Source: Acidobacteriota bacterium (GTDB taxonomy: Bacteria; Acidobacteriota; Blastocatellia; RBC074). Taken from it: DNA of 64,000 nt. The notes beneath the pieces were generated by a model. The model saw nothing but the letters and a program-made list of their open reading frames with translations. It was not told the DNA's origin and did not search any database. The position numbers were made by a program, and so were the translations under genes. The DNA is taken from contig JANPFP010000212.1 of assembly GCA_031423495.1 (NCBI GenBank), positions 9,466 through 73,465 on the forward strand, read 5' to 3'. Positions 51,269-60,935 of the stretch are shown in pieces. Position 1 is the first letter of the stretch. Every line of letters begins with the position of its first letter.

Positions 51269-52414
51269 TTACCGATGTTCCAGCCGCAACTCAAAGCCCA
51301 GCGGCGAACGCAACGTCGCGCTCATCTCATCGCTCGCGGCTTGCCACGACTTCCCTTCTAACTGGCTCGCCAACTGAAAGACTTCTTCGGCGGGCGTACG
51401 GCTGCGCGTGAGCTTATCGTAAAGCGCAACGGGGCAGCGTACCTGAAAACACAGCCGGTCTGATTTCACGCGCTCGTCGGGAAATAAATTCTCTTGCGCG
51501 TTGTTCATCGCCTTGAATAAAAACGGCTGTTCGATTTCAGCGACCAGCCAGCCTTTGATTCTCTTTACCGGAAAAGCTAACTCGCCGCGTACGTCACGCA
51601 ACGCACGACGTTGATCGTAAAGATCAACCGCCGTCAACACGTTCGCCAATTCGTAACAACCCAGCAAAGCGAAATGTTTTGCCAGCGCCAGTTGCGTCAC
51701 GCCCGTCAGCAAATCACGAAACGGAATCTCAGTGAACAGCGGCAACATCTCTTCCCACGTGGGGTCGCTCAAGATCAGCGTCGCCATTTCTTTCGTGCGC
51801 GCTTGCGGCAAAAACAAACCCGCGACCAGCGAATGTTTGAGCTTGTTGCCTTCGCCCGGATTCAGGTTTTGTTTTTGTTCGATGCCGGTCTTGACGGCGC
51901 GCTGCAACTCTTTCAACGAACTCTGATTACCTTTGCATTCGAGCGCGCTGAAGCTCAACGCATTATCGAGAAACAAATAATCGGGCGCTTTCTTCGGCCC
52001 CAGTTTCGTCATCCGTCCCAACTTGAGCAGCTTTGTGCCGAGTAGTTTCACCAACCACTTGGTTTCGACAAACAGCAGCGCGCCAACCTGTTCCGTCAAC
52101 AATTGCGTAGCGACGCCTACGCTGACCTCTTCGCTCAACACGGATTTTTGCTGATGGCTGACTTCGTCCCACTCGCGGCGCAACCTGAAATCATAGGTCG
52201 GCGCGAACGCCCGTTGATAACGCAACCACGCATGGCTGTCGCTCAGGTCGCAACCCGTATAGCGCGGCGGACGTGTCCACAACGCGGCGTGCAACAGGGC
52301 TTGATCGAGATCGAATCCGCCGTTGCCGTGCAGCGCCGCCAACTCTTTCGGCGGACGGCTGCCTGGCCACGTAGGCTTATCAATAATGACAGTGAGTGAT
52401 TTGGTATTCGCCAT
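51269..52414 (-). CDS. hypothetical protein with central PD-(D/E)xK nuclease-like motif
   Basis: 381 aa; …APDYLFLD-x9-ALECKG… fits hhhD…hExK; no other family recognised. Confidence 0.55.
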   Translation of the reverse strand: MANTKSLTVIIDKPTWPGSRPPKELAALHGNGGFDLDQALLHAALWTRPPRYTGCDLSDSHAWLRYQRAFAPTYDFRLRREWDEVSHQQKSVLSEEVSVGVATQLLTEQVGALLFVETKWLVKLLGTKLLKLGRMTKLGPKKAPDYLFLDNALSFSALECKGNQSSLKELQRAVKTGIEQKQNLNPGEGNKLKHSLVAGLFLPQARTKEMATLILSDPTWEEMLPLFTEIPFRDLLTGVTQLALAKHFALLGCYELANVLTAVDLYDQRRALRDVRGELAFPVKRIKGWLVAEIEQPFLFKAMNNAQENLFPDERVKSDRLCFQVRCPVALYDKLTRSRTPAEEVFQLASQLEGKSWQAASDEMSATLRSPLGFELRLEHR

Positions 52415-52442
52415 CGTTAACAGGTGATGGAACAGGTGATGG

Positions 52443-52550
52443 CGTGTCCGTAGCCCGACCGTAAGCGAGGGCTACCTCCGCAATGCGCCTGTTGGTATCA
52501 AGATACGCACTGCCGAGGTAGCCCTCGCTTACGGTCGGGCTACGGACACG
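52443..52550. repeat. ~108-bp hairpin repeat element, copy B (36-bp perfect stem, 36-nt loop)
   Basis: cgtgtccgtagcccgaccgtaagcgagggctacctc / gaggtagccctcgcttacggtcgggctacggacacg; differs from copy A at two stem positions, both compensated. Confidence 0.75.
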
Positions 52551-52553
52551 GCG

Positions 52554-53000
52554 CTATTTTTTATTCAACATCCCCGGTGATTGCCATTGAAAGACGTGAT
52601 AGGTCGCGGGCGTTTTGCCTACGTTGCGGATGCTGTGCATTTGATTGGACGCCTGAAAAATCACCGAACCCGGCCCCACAACTTTAAGCTGCCCGTTGAC
52701 CAGCGATTCAACCGTACCCTCTTTGACAATGATGACTTCTTCCGCCGGATGCTTGTGCGGCGGATGCGCTTCTTGCCCCGGATTCAACGTCGTGATGTGG
52801 CATTCCAACTCATCCAGCGTCGCCGTCTGAGCTTTCAGCACCTCGCGCCGTGCGCCAGAATTCGTCTTTTTCGCATCGAACGAATTCCAGTCGAAGATGG
52901 ATGAACCCATTACTTTGTTTTGCGTACGCGCCACATTGACCGCGCTCAACGTGAATAGCACCGCCGCGCTTGCCACCAATAAATCTCTTCGTGTAATCAT
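52554..53000 (-). CDS. cupin domain protein with Tat-type signal peptide
   Basis: N-terminal RRDLLVASAAV twin-arginine motif; cupin_2 core (…HSIRNVGKTPATYHVFQW). Confidence 0.7.
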   Translation of the reverse strand: MITRRDLLVASAAVLFTLSAVNVARTQNKVMGSSIFDWNSFDAKKTNSGARREVLKAQTATLDELECHITTLNPGQEAHPPHKHPAEEVIIVKEGTVESLVNGQLKVVGPGSVIFQASNQMHSIRNVGKTPATYHVFQWQSPGMLNKK

Positions 53001-53010
53001 TCTTGTTCCT

Positions 53011-53580
53011 TTAGCCTGCGTTGTCGTAAGCCTGTTTCAACCAACCAATTAGTTCTGTGTCTACTTCTGTTGTTTTGCTCACGCGTACGCGATGACTGAC
53101 CATCGCATTGAAACTGACTGAAGCCTCTAACCGTGCGGTCGGCGTCACGTCTTTCAAATTGATGCCCACATCCAACCGCGTAGCCCGCGTGGGCTGAATA
53201 ATCGCAAACTGTTTCGCGCGCCTGAGGCTGACATACGTCTTTTTCGGAGCCAGTTCGACATCCGCGCCGAACTGATTAACCGCCGCAATCAACACGTCGT
53301 AAACCGGTCGCAACCCCGCTTTCGCTCTGCCGTATTGCGCGATCACCACATGATCCTGACTGCCCGCGACGGCGACGGCCAGCGTTTCTACGGCTCTCAA
53401 CGCAATGAAGTTGGCGTAACCGTATGACAGCCCGTGTTCGGCTTTCAAATGCATCAACAACGCGCGCTGTTTGGCGATCCCCGCGCCGCGCGCCAACGTG
53501 ATCCAGTCGGCCAGACTCCTGCCGGTCTTGGCCTCCAAATTTTGAATCATTGACTCAACCGCTTTATCAACTGCACTCAT
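53011..53580 (-). CDS. DUF4287/DUF5655 domain protein
   Basis: N-terminal …LEAKTGRSLADWITLA…HGLSYGYANFIAL pattern typical of DUF4287. Confidence 0.55.
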   Translation of the reverse strand: MSAVDKAVESMIQNLEAKTGRSLADWITLARGAGIAKQRALLMHLKAEHGLSYGYANFIALRAVETLAVAVAGSQDHVVIAQYGRAKAGLRPVYDVLIAAVNQFGADVELAPKKTYVSLRRAKQFAIIQPTRATRLDVGINLKDVTPTARLEASVSFNAMVSHRVRVSKTTEVDTELIGWLKQAYDNAG

Positions 53581-53609
53581 CGTTTTATCTCCTGACCGCT
53601 CTCACTCAT

Positions 53610-54005
53610 TTAGCTACCTGACCGATGCAACATCTCCGCCATCTTTTGGTGAATCAGGTTCACCGCCTTGAGCGGACGCAGCATAACCTTGAACTCGATG
53701 ATCTGCCCGTGATCGTTCCATTTGAGTATGTCTACGCCGTTCACGACGATGCCTTCGATCTCGACTTCGAACTCAAGCACCGCGTCGTTCTCACCCACCA
53801 CTTGGCGGACATAACGAAAGCTCTCGTTGACGAAGACTTTGAACGCCGCTGACAAATACATCGCCGTCAATTGCTTGCCGCGCTGCGGTGTATGCAGAAT
53901 CGGCGAAAAGAAAACGGCCTCATCCGCCAGCAAGTCTTGCAAACCCGCCGCGTCGTGATCGCGCACCAACCGATGCCATTTTTCGAGTACCGCTAATTGA
54001 GCCAT
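53610..54005 (-). CDS. NTF2-like (SnoaL/DUF4440-type) protein
   Basis: 131 aa; NTF2-fold pattern. Confidence 0.5.
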   Translation of the reverse strand: MAQLAVLEKWHRLVRDHDAAGLQDLLADEAVFFSPILHTPQRGKQLTAMYLSAAFKVFVNESFRYVRQVVGENDAVLEFEVEIEGIVVNGVDILKWNDHGQIIEFKVMLRPLKAVNLIHQKMAEMLHRSGS

Positions 54006-54015
54006 AAGCGCCTCG

Positions 54016-54468
54016 TTATTGTCCGTCGGGAATTTCTGCTTCGACCAGTTTTGCCAGCAGGGTGAGTGATTCCTGCCAACCCAGATAACAAGCCTCTGCC
54101 GGAATAATGGCGGGCACGCCTTCCTGAACGACGTGCAACTCAGTGCCGACCAATACTTGTTTCAACGTAACCGTCACCTGCATTTCACCCGGCAGATTCG
54201 GGTCATCAAATTTGTCGGTATAACGAATCCGTTCGTGCGGCGTCAGTTCGAGATACTCTCCGCCAAAGGAATGGCTCGAACCGGTGCTGAAATTGGTGAA
54301 CGACATTTTGAACGTGCCGCCGACTCGCACGTCCATGTGATGCATCTTGCCAGTGAAGCCGTTCGGCGGCAGCCATTTGACCATTGCGTCTGCGTCGAGA
54401 AAAGCCCGATAGATCCGCTCAGGCTTGGCGCGCAAGACGCGATGAAGCCGAATCGTATTCGTTGACAT
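54016..54468 (-). CDS. SRPBCC family protein (AHSA1/activator-of-Hsp90-ATPase-like)
   Basis: …RVLRAKPERIYRAFLDADAMVKWLPPNGFTGKMHHMDVRVGGTFKMSF…. Confidence 0.6.
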   Translation of the reverse strand: MSTNTIRLHRVLRAKPERIYRAFLDADAMVKWLPPNGFTGKMHHMDVRVGGTFKMSFTNFSTGSSHSFGGEYLELTPHERIRYTDKFDDPNLPGEMQVTVTLKQVLVGTELHVVQEGVPAIIPAEACYLGWQESLTLLAKLVEAEIPDGQ

Positions 54469-54572
54469 AATGATTTCTCCTTATTGCCGCGTACTTTTTG
54501 TGGCAGATCGGCTTTCTCTTAATCCCACCTGGGAGCAGGTGGGATTGCGGGGAAGTTAAGTTTTAATACGTC

Positions 54573-54902
54573 CTAAACCGCAACACGAATTTCTCCTGCT
54601 GAATGCGAGCGCGGTTTACGCTTCACCACAATTTCAATGTCTTGATCGAGCCTGGTTAAAAAGCCCATCAGCTTATCAATCGAAAACCCTTTCAACTGCC
54701 GCCCGCTATACAAGGCGGCAATACGAGTTTGAGGTACGTTAAGCATCTCAGCCGCCTGCGGCTTGGTTAATTTGCGCTGCCTGATAAGCTCGGTAATTTT
54801 CATGGCAAGCACGGCTTTCACATACATTTCCTTCGCGTCGGGTAATCCCAAGTCCGCGAAGACATTGCCGCTGCTTTTTTCGACTTCGATGATTTCTTTC
54901 AT
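54573..54902 (-). CDS. XRE-family helix-turn-helix protein (HigA-like antitoxin-type)
   Basis: …SGNVFADLGLPDAKEMYVKAVLAMKITELIRQRKLTKPQAAEMLNVPQTRIAALYSG… HTH_37-like; no partner toxin ORF evident. Confidence 0.6.
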   Translation of the reverse strand: MKEIIEVEKSSGNVFADLGLPDAKEMYVKAVLAMKITELIRQRKLTKPQAAEMLNVPQTRIAALYSGRQLKGFSIDKLMGFLTRLDQDIEIVVKRKPRSHSAGEIRVAV

Positions 54903-54984
54903 AACTCTTGTGACTTCGCTCGACGGCGCGTTTGTATCTCGCCTTGATGGCGTCCACTTCCTCTTTCGGCGTGACGAATTGTTG

Positions 54985-55860
54985 TTATGCCTCTACATCC
55001 GTGGGAAGCACGCATCTCCATACGCCGTTTATTTTTCGGAACCCATAATAGTCAACACGCTTTTGATTCGGGTGACGCGGTGAACCTGGCGTCCATATCG
55101 CATGGACTGCGGCCTGATTATGACGAGCCGTTCTGGTCGGAAGAGCAATCCGTCGGGTGAGTTTCTTTTTGCCGAAAAATTTATCCGTCAGTACCCACTC
55201 GCCAATGGAAATATCCCAATGAATGAGAATTGACCAGTCATATTCGGGGAGTCCTTCCCGGCTTTGCCCAGAGCCACCGTAACCCGCAGGTAAGGCAAAG
55301 CCTCCTGCTGCGGTGAGCCTTGTCTGATGTGGTCTTAGCCAATGCGAGCAAGCTCCAAGCTGAATGAAAATATTATGTGTGTCAAAATCCCGCAGCATGA
55401 AGTGGAAGGTGTCGCCTAATAACGTATAAGTAGCGATTGCCCAAAACACGGGGTCATCATCTTGTGTTAGGTGCGAATCAATCTCAGAAATAATTTTGCG
55501 TACTTCCGTTAAGCTGAACTCTTTGAGAGAAGCAATGGCTTCCTCATCGGTTTCATCGCCTCGCACAGCCGGTATCACATCGAAAAACGACGCATCGGGC
55601 GCAAGCTCGATTTGCGGACGGCTTTCTGCAATCGCACGCTGGCGTGCGGCTAGTTTTTCTTCGGGCGTGCGGCTGGTCAGCTTCGCAATCATTCGATTCA
55701 GCGCGTCAGGGTCGTAATCGCTCGCAGTGTCGTTGGCAGGCGCGGCAGCCTTGCTATCCCGTTGCACCAGCGAGAGCAGATAAGACGCCACATCCATCCC
55801 CCGTTGGGCGGCCTGTGTTTTGACTTGTTGCTCAAATTCCAAAGGAAACGTCACGATCAT
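54985..55860 (-). CDS. hypothetical protein; N-terminal ~35 aa resemble a ribbon-helix-helix antitoxin (possible fused/degenerate TA remnant)
   Basis: MIVTFPLEFEQQVKTQAAQRGMDVASYLLSLVQRD… RHH-like start; remainder unrecognised. Confidence 0.4.
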   Translation of the reverse strand: MIVTFPLEFEQQVKTQAAQRGMDVASYLLSLVQRDSKAAAPANDTASDYDPDALNRMIAKLTSRTPEEKLAARQRAIAESRPQIELAPDASFFDVIPAVRGDETDEEAIASLKEFSLTEVRKIISEIDSHLTQDDDPVFWAIATYTLLGDTFHFMLRDFDTHNIFIQLGACSHWLRPHQTRLTAAGGFALPAGYGGSGQSREGLPEYDWSILIHWDISIGEWVLTDKFFGKKKLTRRIALPTRTARHNQAAVHAIWTPGSPRHPNQKRVDYYGFRKINGVWRCVLPTDVEA

Positions 55861-55937
55861 TTTCTCTACCTCTTCAAAATCGCGCGCATCGTTTTAGCGG
55901 ATGGTTTTCACTTCGCCCAGCTTGTTCTAACGCAGCC

Positions 55938-56249
55938 TCACAACTTCATATACTGGTTCCACGCCCCGCGAACGGCGGCTTCGTCCTGTGGGCTAAGCTG
56001 CCCAAGCCGTCGGGTGAGCAGCGTCTTTTCTGCCGTCACCAATCGGTCAAGCCGCGCGACTGAGGGCTTTGCCAGTCCGGCCTGCGCCCAATCTTGCAAC
56101 GCAACGTCCCGCGCTCCGGTTCGTAAAACCGAGGTCACGCGACAAATCACGGCATCTTGCTGCAAATCGAAAAGTACCAGCACCGGACGCGCTTTGCTCA
56201 CCGCGCCCGAAGTGAAAGGAAATTGGCAAAGGAAGATTTGGCCGAACAT
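55938..56249 (-). CDS. type II toxin, MazF/PemK family
   Basis: GQIFLCQFPFTSGAVSKARPVLVL…VICRVTS pattern; 3-nt gap to the upstream antitoxin ORF. Confidence 0.7.
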   Translation of the reverse strand: MFGQIFLCQFPFTSGAVSKARPVLVLFDLQQDAVICRVTSVLRTGARDVALQDWAQAGLAKPSVARLDRLVTAEKTLLTRRLGQLSPQDEAAVRGAWNQYMKL

Positions 56250-56252
56250 GTT

Positions 56253-56462
56253 TCAATAATTGTCATAGATGGCGTCTTCAGCCGAATCATCGCGCATAAA
56301 CTGCTCATAACCAGCCAGTCGCCATTCAGCGTCGTCCGCATTGCCGTCGGTTAAAACGATGACACGCACCTGACCTGTTTTGGGAAGCTGCGCGACGACT
56401 TCCTGAGGAATCGCCAGCACCGGTTCAGGGGTCAGAGTCGTGATGAATTCGATTGCTTGCAT
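56253..56462 (-). CDS. putative antitoxin partnered with MazF-like toxin
   Basis: 69-aa ORF immediately upstream of and coupled with the toxin gene. Confidence 0.5.
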   Translation of the reverse strand: MQAIEFITTLTPEPVLAIPQEVVAQLPKTGQVRVIVLTDGNADDAEWRLAGYEQFMRDDSAEDAIYDNY

Positions 56463-56527
56463 AACGGCAGTATAGTTTTCCTAACTCAGCGCCGCAAAGA
56501 ATTAGACAGGGTAACTCACCATAAAAT

Positions 56528-56553
56528 CACGGGAGCGCACCGACGCTCCCGTG
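56528..56553 (-). terminator. rho-independent terminator after xylose isomerase
   Basis: cacgggagcg…cgctcccgtg 10-bp stem followed by ATTTTAT on the minus strand. Confidence 0.6.
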
Positions 56554-56567
56554 TTCGCTCAATCGTT

Positions 56568-57881
56568 TTAGATGAAATCGTTAAACAGCGATTCCAGATA
56601 TTCCTGCCGTCCACTGCGGATGGTTTTCACTTCGCCCAGTTTGAGCGCAATTTGTTCTAACTCAGCAAAGCTGCTCTTGCCTTTGGCGACTTTCTTGCCG
56701 AGTTCGCTGTCCCACGAACTGTAACGCTCTTTGACGAAGTCGGCGATGCGTCCGTCCTGACGAATCCGCGCCGCGATTTTCAGGCCGCGCGCGAAGGTGT
56801 CCATCCCTGCGATGTGGGCGAGGAATAAATCTTCCGGCTCGAAGCTCTCGCGGCGCACTTTGGCGTCGAAGTTCAGGCCGCCCGTCGTGAAGCCGCCCAT
56901 CTTCAATACGCAAAGCATCACATGCGAAGTGATATACAAGTCAGTCGGAAACTGGTCAGTGTCCCAACCCAATTGCCAGTCGCCCATGTTCGCGTCAACC
57001 GAACCGAGCGCGTTGGCCGCAATCGCCGTTTCGAGATCGTGTTGAATCGTATGCCCAGCGATTTGCGCGTGATTGGTTTCAAGGTTGAGCTTGAAATCTT
57101 TCATCAATCCGTATTGCCGCAGGAAGTTCAAACAGGTCGCGGCATCGGTGTCGTATTGATGCTTGGTCGGTTCTTTCGGCTTCGGTTCGATATAGAAAGG
57201 CCCTTTCAGCCCGATCTCTTTTTTGTAATCAACCGCCATGTGCATAAACGCGCCGAGGTGGTCGAGTTCGCGTTTCATATCGGTGTTGAGCAGCGTGAAA
57301 TAGCCTTCGCGCCCGCCCCAAAACACATAGCCTTCGCCGCCAAGTTCGAGCGTTGCTTCCATCGCTTTTTTGACCTGCGCCGCGCCGTAAGTGAAGGCAT
57401 TCAAGTCAGGCGACGTAGCCGCGCCGTGCATAAAGCACGGATGCTGAAACAAACACGCTGTGCCCCACAACACTTTTTTGCCGCTGTTCTTTTGCGCTTT
57501 GGCGAGTTCTTTGACTACGCGGTCTAGGTTCTTGTTCGACTCTTTGAGCGTCTTGCCTTCGGGGGCTACGTCGCGGTCGTGAAAGCAGTAATAGTCAATC
57601 TGCAACTTTTCGAGCAGTTCAAAAAAGACGGGAATGCGGCGCAGCGCGTTTTCCATGCTCTCGCTAAAATCATCCCACGGACGCACCGCTGTCGGCATCC
57701 CGAAAATCTCAGCGCCGCGCCCGCGCATCGTGTGCCAATAACTCGAAGCAAAGCGCAAATGCTCGCGCATCGTCTTGCCTTCGACGAGTTCATCGGGGTT
57801 GTAATGTTTGAATGCGTAAAGATTGCGCGTGTCAGGTCCTTCAAACTTGACCGTTTTGATTTTCGGAAATGCGTCAGCCAT
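56568..57881 (-). CDS. xylA: xylose isomerase
   Basis: …[40 protein letters not shown]… class II XylA signature; start set at ATG 57881 (MADAFPKI). Confidence 0.85.
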   Translation of the reverse strand: MADAFPKIKTVKFEGPDTRNLYAFKHYNPDELVEGKTMREHLRFASSYWHTMRGRGAEIFGMPTAVRPWDDFSESMENALRRIPVFFELLEKLQIDYYCFHDRDVAPEGKTLKESNKNLDRVVKELAKAQKNSGKKVLWGTACLFQHPCFMHGAATSPDLNAFTYGAAQVKKAMEATLELGGEGYVFWGGREGYFTLLNTDMKRELDHLGAFMHMAVDYKKEIGLKGPFYIEPKPKEPTKHQYDTDAATCLNFLRQYGLMKDFKLNLETNHAQIAGHTIQHDLETAIAANALGSVDANMGDWQLGWDTDQFPTDLYITSHVMLCVLKMGGFTTGGLNFDAKVRRESFEPEDLFLAHIAGMDTFARGLKIAARIRQDGRIADFVKERYSSWDSELGKKVAKGKSSFAELEQIALKLGEVKTIRSGRQEYLESLFNDFI

Positions 57882-58173
57882 TGCAGGTATCTTCCTTTGG
57901 TTTTGATTTAATGGTGAATCACGACAGATGCGCCGTGTTGAGGGCGGGACAATAACACAAACTTTGGATGGCAACTATTGGATGAAACGGGTCACGAGTA
58001 ATGGGCTATCAGCCGATGGCTGGCTCACCGCAGAGCCACGCGGAGTCCTCGCAGAGGCTGCGCAGAGGAGAAGCGGAAGAGAGTTTTTTTGGCGGTGGAC
58101 GCATCCTCTGCGGAAACTCTGCGAAAAACTCTGCGGTGAGGCGAACTTGATCTTTCAGCCCATCGGTTTCCCC

Positions 58174-59616
58174 TTAACGGCTCAACGCATCAGCCAATAC
58201 CAACCCCGCTTCGCAATGCCCCATTCCGCTGGTATAGCTGCTCATCTTTTTGGCTTCGCTAATGCCGAAGCGCGCGTGCAAATCGCTGCCGCGTAAATAG
58301 TCAGGCAACGTCTGCCGCGTAGACATCGCAAAGCCCAATGATTCGCCGCGCAACAAATTACCGTGCGTAGCCTGCATCGTCGCAAACGTAGTCATAAACG
58401 GACTGCCCAACAGCCAACCGTCTTGAAAACTTATGACGACATCGGCGCGGTTTTTCACATGCGTATCGAAGGCATCAAACGCGCGCCGTACCGGGTCAAG
58501 GTAATCGTGCGCCAGCGTCGCCCGAAACCACGTCGCGCGGTCAGCGAAGCCCGCCGCATCGAGTTGCCCGCTGTCGCGCATCGTTTCGATGATCGCATTC
58601 AGCCGCAGCGGATCACCGCCGAGGTCTTCATATTTGAATCGTTCGCCTGCGTGCGTGAGGCGCGCGCGTCCGCGTGGGCTGACCAGAGCGAGTGAATTGT
58701 CACCCTGGTAGTAAAGCGCGAAATCTACGCCATCGGCTTTGAGGCAGGCGGCGGCGACTGATTCTTTCTCGCCCGCAAAGGCGAATAGTTGCGCCGAACC
58801 GACCAAGCCGTATCGCGGCAACACTACGTCGCCGTTTTGCTTGAGGCTTTTGACGGCGTTGAAGCCGGCCTGCGTGAGCGCATCGTTCAAGCGCACGTGC
58901 CGATAGTCGTCATAACGATTCCCGTGATCTGAAAGCAATTCGACTTCGAGCTTGGTGCCGTTGCGTTCGGCTTCGGCGGCGAGGTCTTCGATGGCGCGGT
59001 CAAGCTGACGCAACGCGACTTTGAGCATGCCTTCGCCGCCCAGATGCGCCAGTGAATCGGTCGCTCCCACGTAGCCCAAAAAGACCTGCGCATCCGATTC
59101 GCGGAAAGAATTTTTCAGTGATGCCAAATCGAGTTGCGCGGTGATGAGCGTCGAGAACGGCGCAGCGACATAAGCCATTCCGCCCAACGCCGCCGCCGCG
59201 TGATAATCAAAGCCCTGACGATAAGTGCGCGCAATGAACTTCCCGCCATTAAACCGGTCGGCGATGTTGCCGAACAAACGGTTTTGCGCGCGGTCGTAAT
59301 AATGGTCTTCATAACCCGGCGAGTTTTCGGTGTGCAGAATTTCTACCAGCGAAGGATTGGTCGAACTCGGAAACGTCGCCACCATTCGCGCCGGTGCGGT
59401 GAAGCGCTTGAAACGCCCTTCGGCGCGCAGCTTTTCGATGGTGTCAAATGGTACGCCGTCGAGAATGAGGATGAGGCGACGAGTAGCAGCAGATTGTTTG
59501 GCTGTGGCGGCAGATTGTTTGGCTGTGGCTTGGAGCTTCGCGTAAAGCGGCAAGATTGAGCAACAAACTAAAGCGTAAGTCATCAAAAAAATGGGCGCGC
59601 GGAACAGTCGTTTCAT
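58174..59616 (-). CDS. alkaline-phosphatase superfamily protein (NPP/type I phosphodiesterase-like), secreted
   Basis: Signal peptide; metal-ligand motifs DGVPFD…, GATDSLAHLGG, LLSDHGN; N-terminal TAKQSAA x2 repeat. Confidence 0.6.
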   Translation of the reverse strand: MKRLFRAPIFLMTYALVCCSILPLYAKLQATAKQSAATAKQSAATRRLILILDGVPFDTIEKLRAEGRFKRFTAPARMVATFPSSTNPSLVEILHTENSPGYEDHYYDRAQNRLFGNIADRFNGGKFIARTYRQGFDYHAAAALGGMAYVAAPFSTLITAQLDLASLKNSFRESDAQVFLGYVGATDSLAHLGGEGMLKVALRQLDRAIEDLAAEAERNGTKLEVELLSDHGNRYDDYRHVRLNDALTQAGFNAVKSLKQNGDVVLPRYGLVGSAQLFAFAGEKESVAAACLKADGVDFALYYQGDNSLALVSPRGRARLTHAGERFKYEDLGGDPLRLNAIIETMRDSGQLDAAGFADRATWFRATLAHDYLDPVRRAFDAFDTHVKNRADVVISFQDGWLLGSPFMTTFATMQATHGNLLRGESLGFAMSTRQTLPDYLRGSDLHARFGISEAKKMSSYTSGMGHCEAGLVLADALSR

Positions 59617-59638
59617 GTATGTTGGTTAAGAGATTTTT

Positions 59639-60088
59639 CTATCTAGCGCATTTCAGGTTTCCAACGAACATAAGCCCAAAGCACTCAGCAATGGCTCCCG
59701 TCCTTTTTACCCATTCTGGAGTAATGTCCCTTTTAATACTTTCGACATCCTCATACCTAACCTCATAGGTTGGCGCGAATCCAGAGAATACTGAGTAGTG
59801 ATTAAAAGTGAAAACTTCATCCTGTAAACTCAAAATTAGACCTCCTAGTTTTTTATATTCAGAAGTCATAAACCCTCCCCTATCCGTCAAAAACCTATAT
59901 TCGCGCCCTGACTTCAGCCTAAGCGTTACCATTACCTCTGCAGTCTGAAGTGCCTTCATTCGCTCTTTTATTTTACTGACTGCTTGTTCCGGCGAGTTAG
60001 CTGAAGCTTGACCTTGCGCTAAAACTGTCGTCGCGTGCATCAGACAAGACAGAGCTATCAGTAGATGGACTATTGTTATCTTTATCAT
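59639..60088 (-). CDS. secreted hypothetical protein (low-GC gene)
   Basis: Start set at ATG 60088 (MIKITIVHLLIALSCLMHATTVLAQG signal peptide); markedly AT-richer than flanks. Confidence 0.55.
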   Translation of the reverse strand: MIKITIVHLLIALSCLMHATTVLAQGQASANSPEQAVSKIKERMKALQTAEVMVTLRLKSGREYRFLTDRGGFMTSEYKKLGGLILSLQDEVFTFNHYSVFSGFAPTYEVRYEDVESIKRDITPEWVKRTGAIAECFGLMFVGNLKCAR

Positions 60089-60107
60089 TTTTACCTCAAA
60101 TATCGGC

Positions 60108-60935
60108 TTAATCAGCCAGCGGATGCACACAAAGAATTCGGTATTCGCCGTCAACCTTGGCAAACATCAGGTGAAACATTTCAAAAATTGGGACACACAC
60201 GACGCGGGTGCCTGCGGGCAAGCCGAGAAATGGTTCGTCATGGATTTCGACAACAGGTTTGTCGGTGCCAGTAAGTGTGAGCTTGGCTAAGAGCTTGTGC
60301 GCGACTTGGGTCAGCTTGAACGAGTTGTCGCCGCGTTCGTGTTTGATTGCCTCCAACGTTCGCTCAAGTAACGCCGTCACACGACGCAAGTCTTCGATGT
60401 TAGCAATGGTGGCGGAATCAGCGCCATCATTCACTAAGTTGCCAAGCACAGGGTCTTGCGCCAACTCGCCGCGCACGCTGGCAGGAATCAGGCGCTCTAT
60501 CATCTTGTCTATTTGATCGGCATCGGGTTCTTTCCCCTGCAACAGCGGCCCCGCCGTTTGATTGATTGCAATCGTGGCAAAAGAGAAAAACACGCCGTGC
60601 GCAGCCACATAAAAGCTGCGCCAGTCTTCAGTCGAAGCCGTGGTAAGCAAATCGGATTGATAGTGCATCCCCGGCAAAAACATAATGCTTGCAGTTGGAG
60701 CCTCTTCGCGTAACGCCGATTTTTCCTGCGCGATAAACCGTTCGATAAAATCAGGCGCGTAAAGTTCACTCACAACGCGGCGCATCTTTCCGTCGGCTTC
60801 CCACTGCTCAAGAAACTTGGCGGACAAATTGGCAGCGGCACGTTGCTCTTCGGCAGTTATCGTTTCCTGTGCCAGTGAAGGAAAGCTTTGAAATGTAAGT
60901 ACGAGCAAAAAGAAAAACTTGATAGCTAGTCGCAC
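60108..60935 (-). CDS. secreted hypothetical protein
   Basis: GTG start 60935 preceded by AAGGAGG at 5-nt spacing; VRLAIKFFFLLVLTFQSFPSLAQE signal peptide; ORF track version (to 61082) runs through the micro-ORF. Confidence 0.6.
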   Translation of the reverse strand: MRLAIKFFFLLVLTFQSFPSLAQETITAEEQRAAANLSAKFLEQWEADGKMRRVVSELYAPDFIERFIAQEKSALREEAPTASIMFLPGMHYQSDLLTTASTEDWRSFYVAAHGVFFSFATIAINQTAGPLLQGKEPDADQIDKMIERLIPASVRGELAQDPVLGNLVNDGADSATIANIEDLRRVTALLERTLEAIKHERGDNSFKLTQVAHKLLAKLTLTGTDKPVVEIHDEPFLGLPAGTRVVCVPIFEMFHLMFAKVDGEYRILCVHPLAD

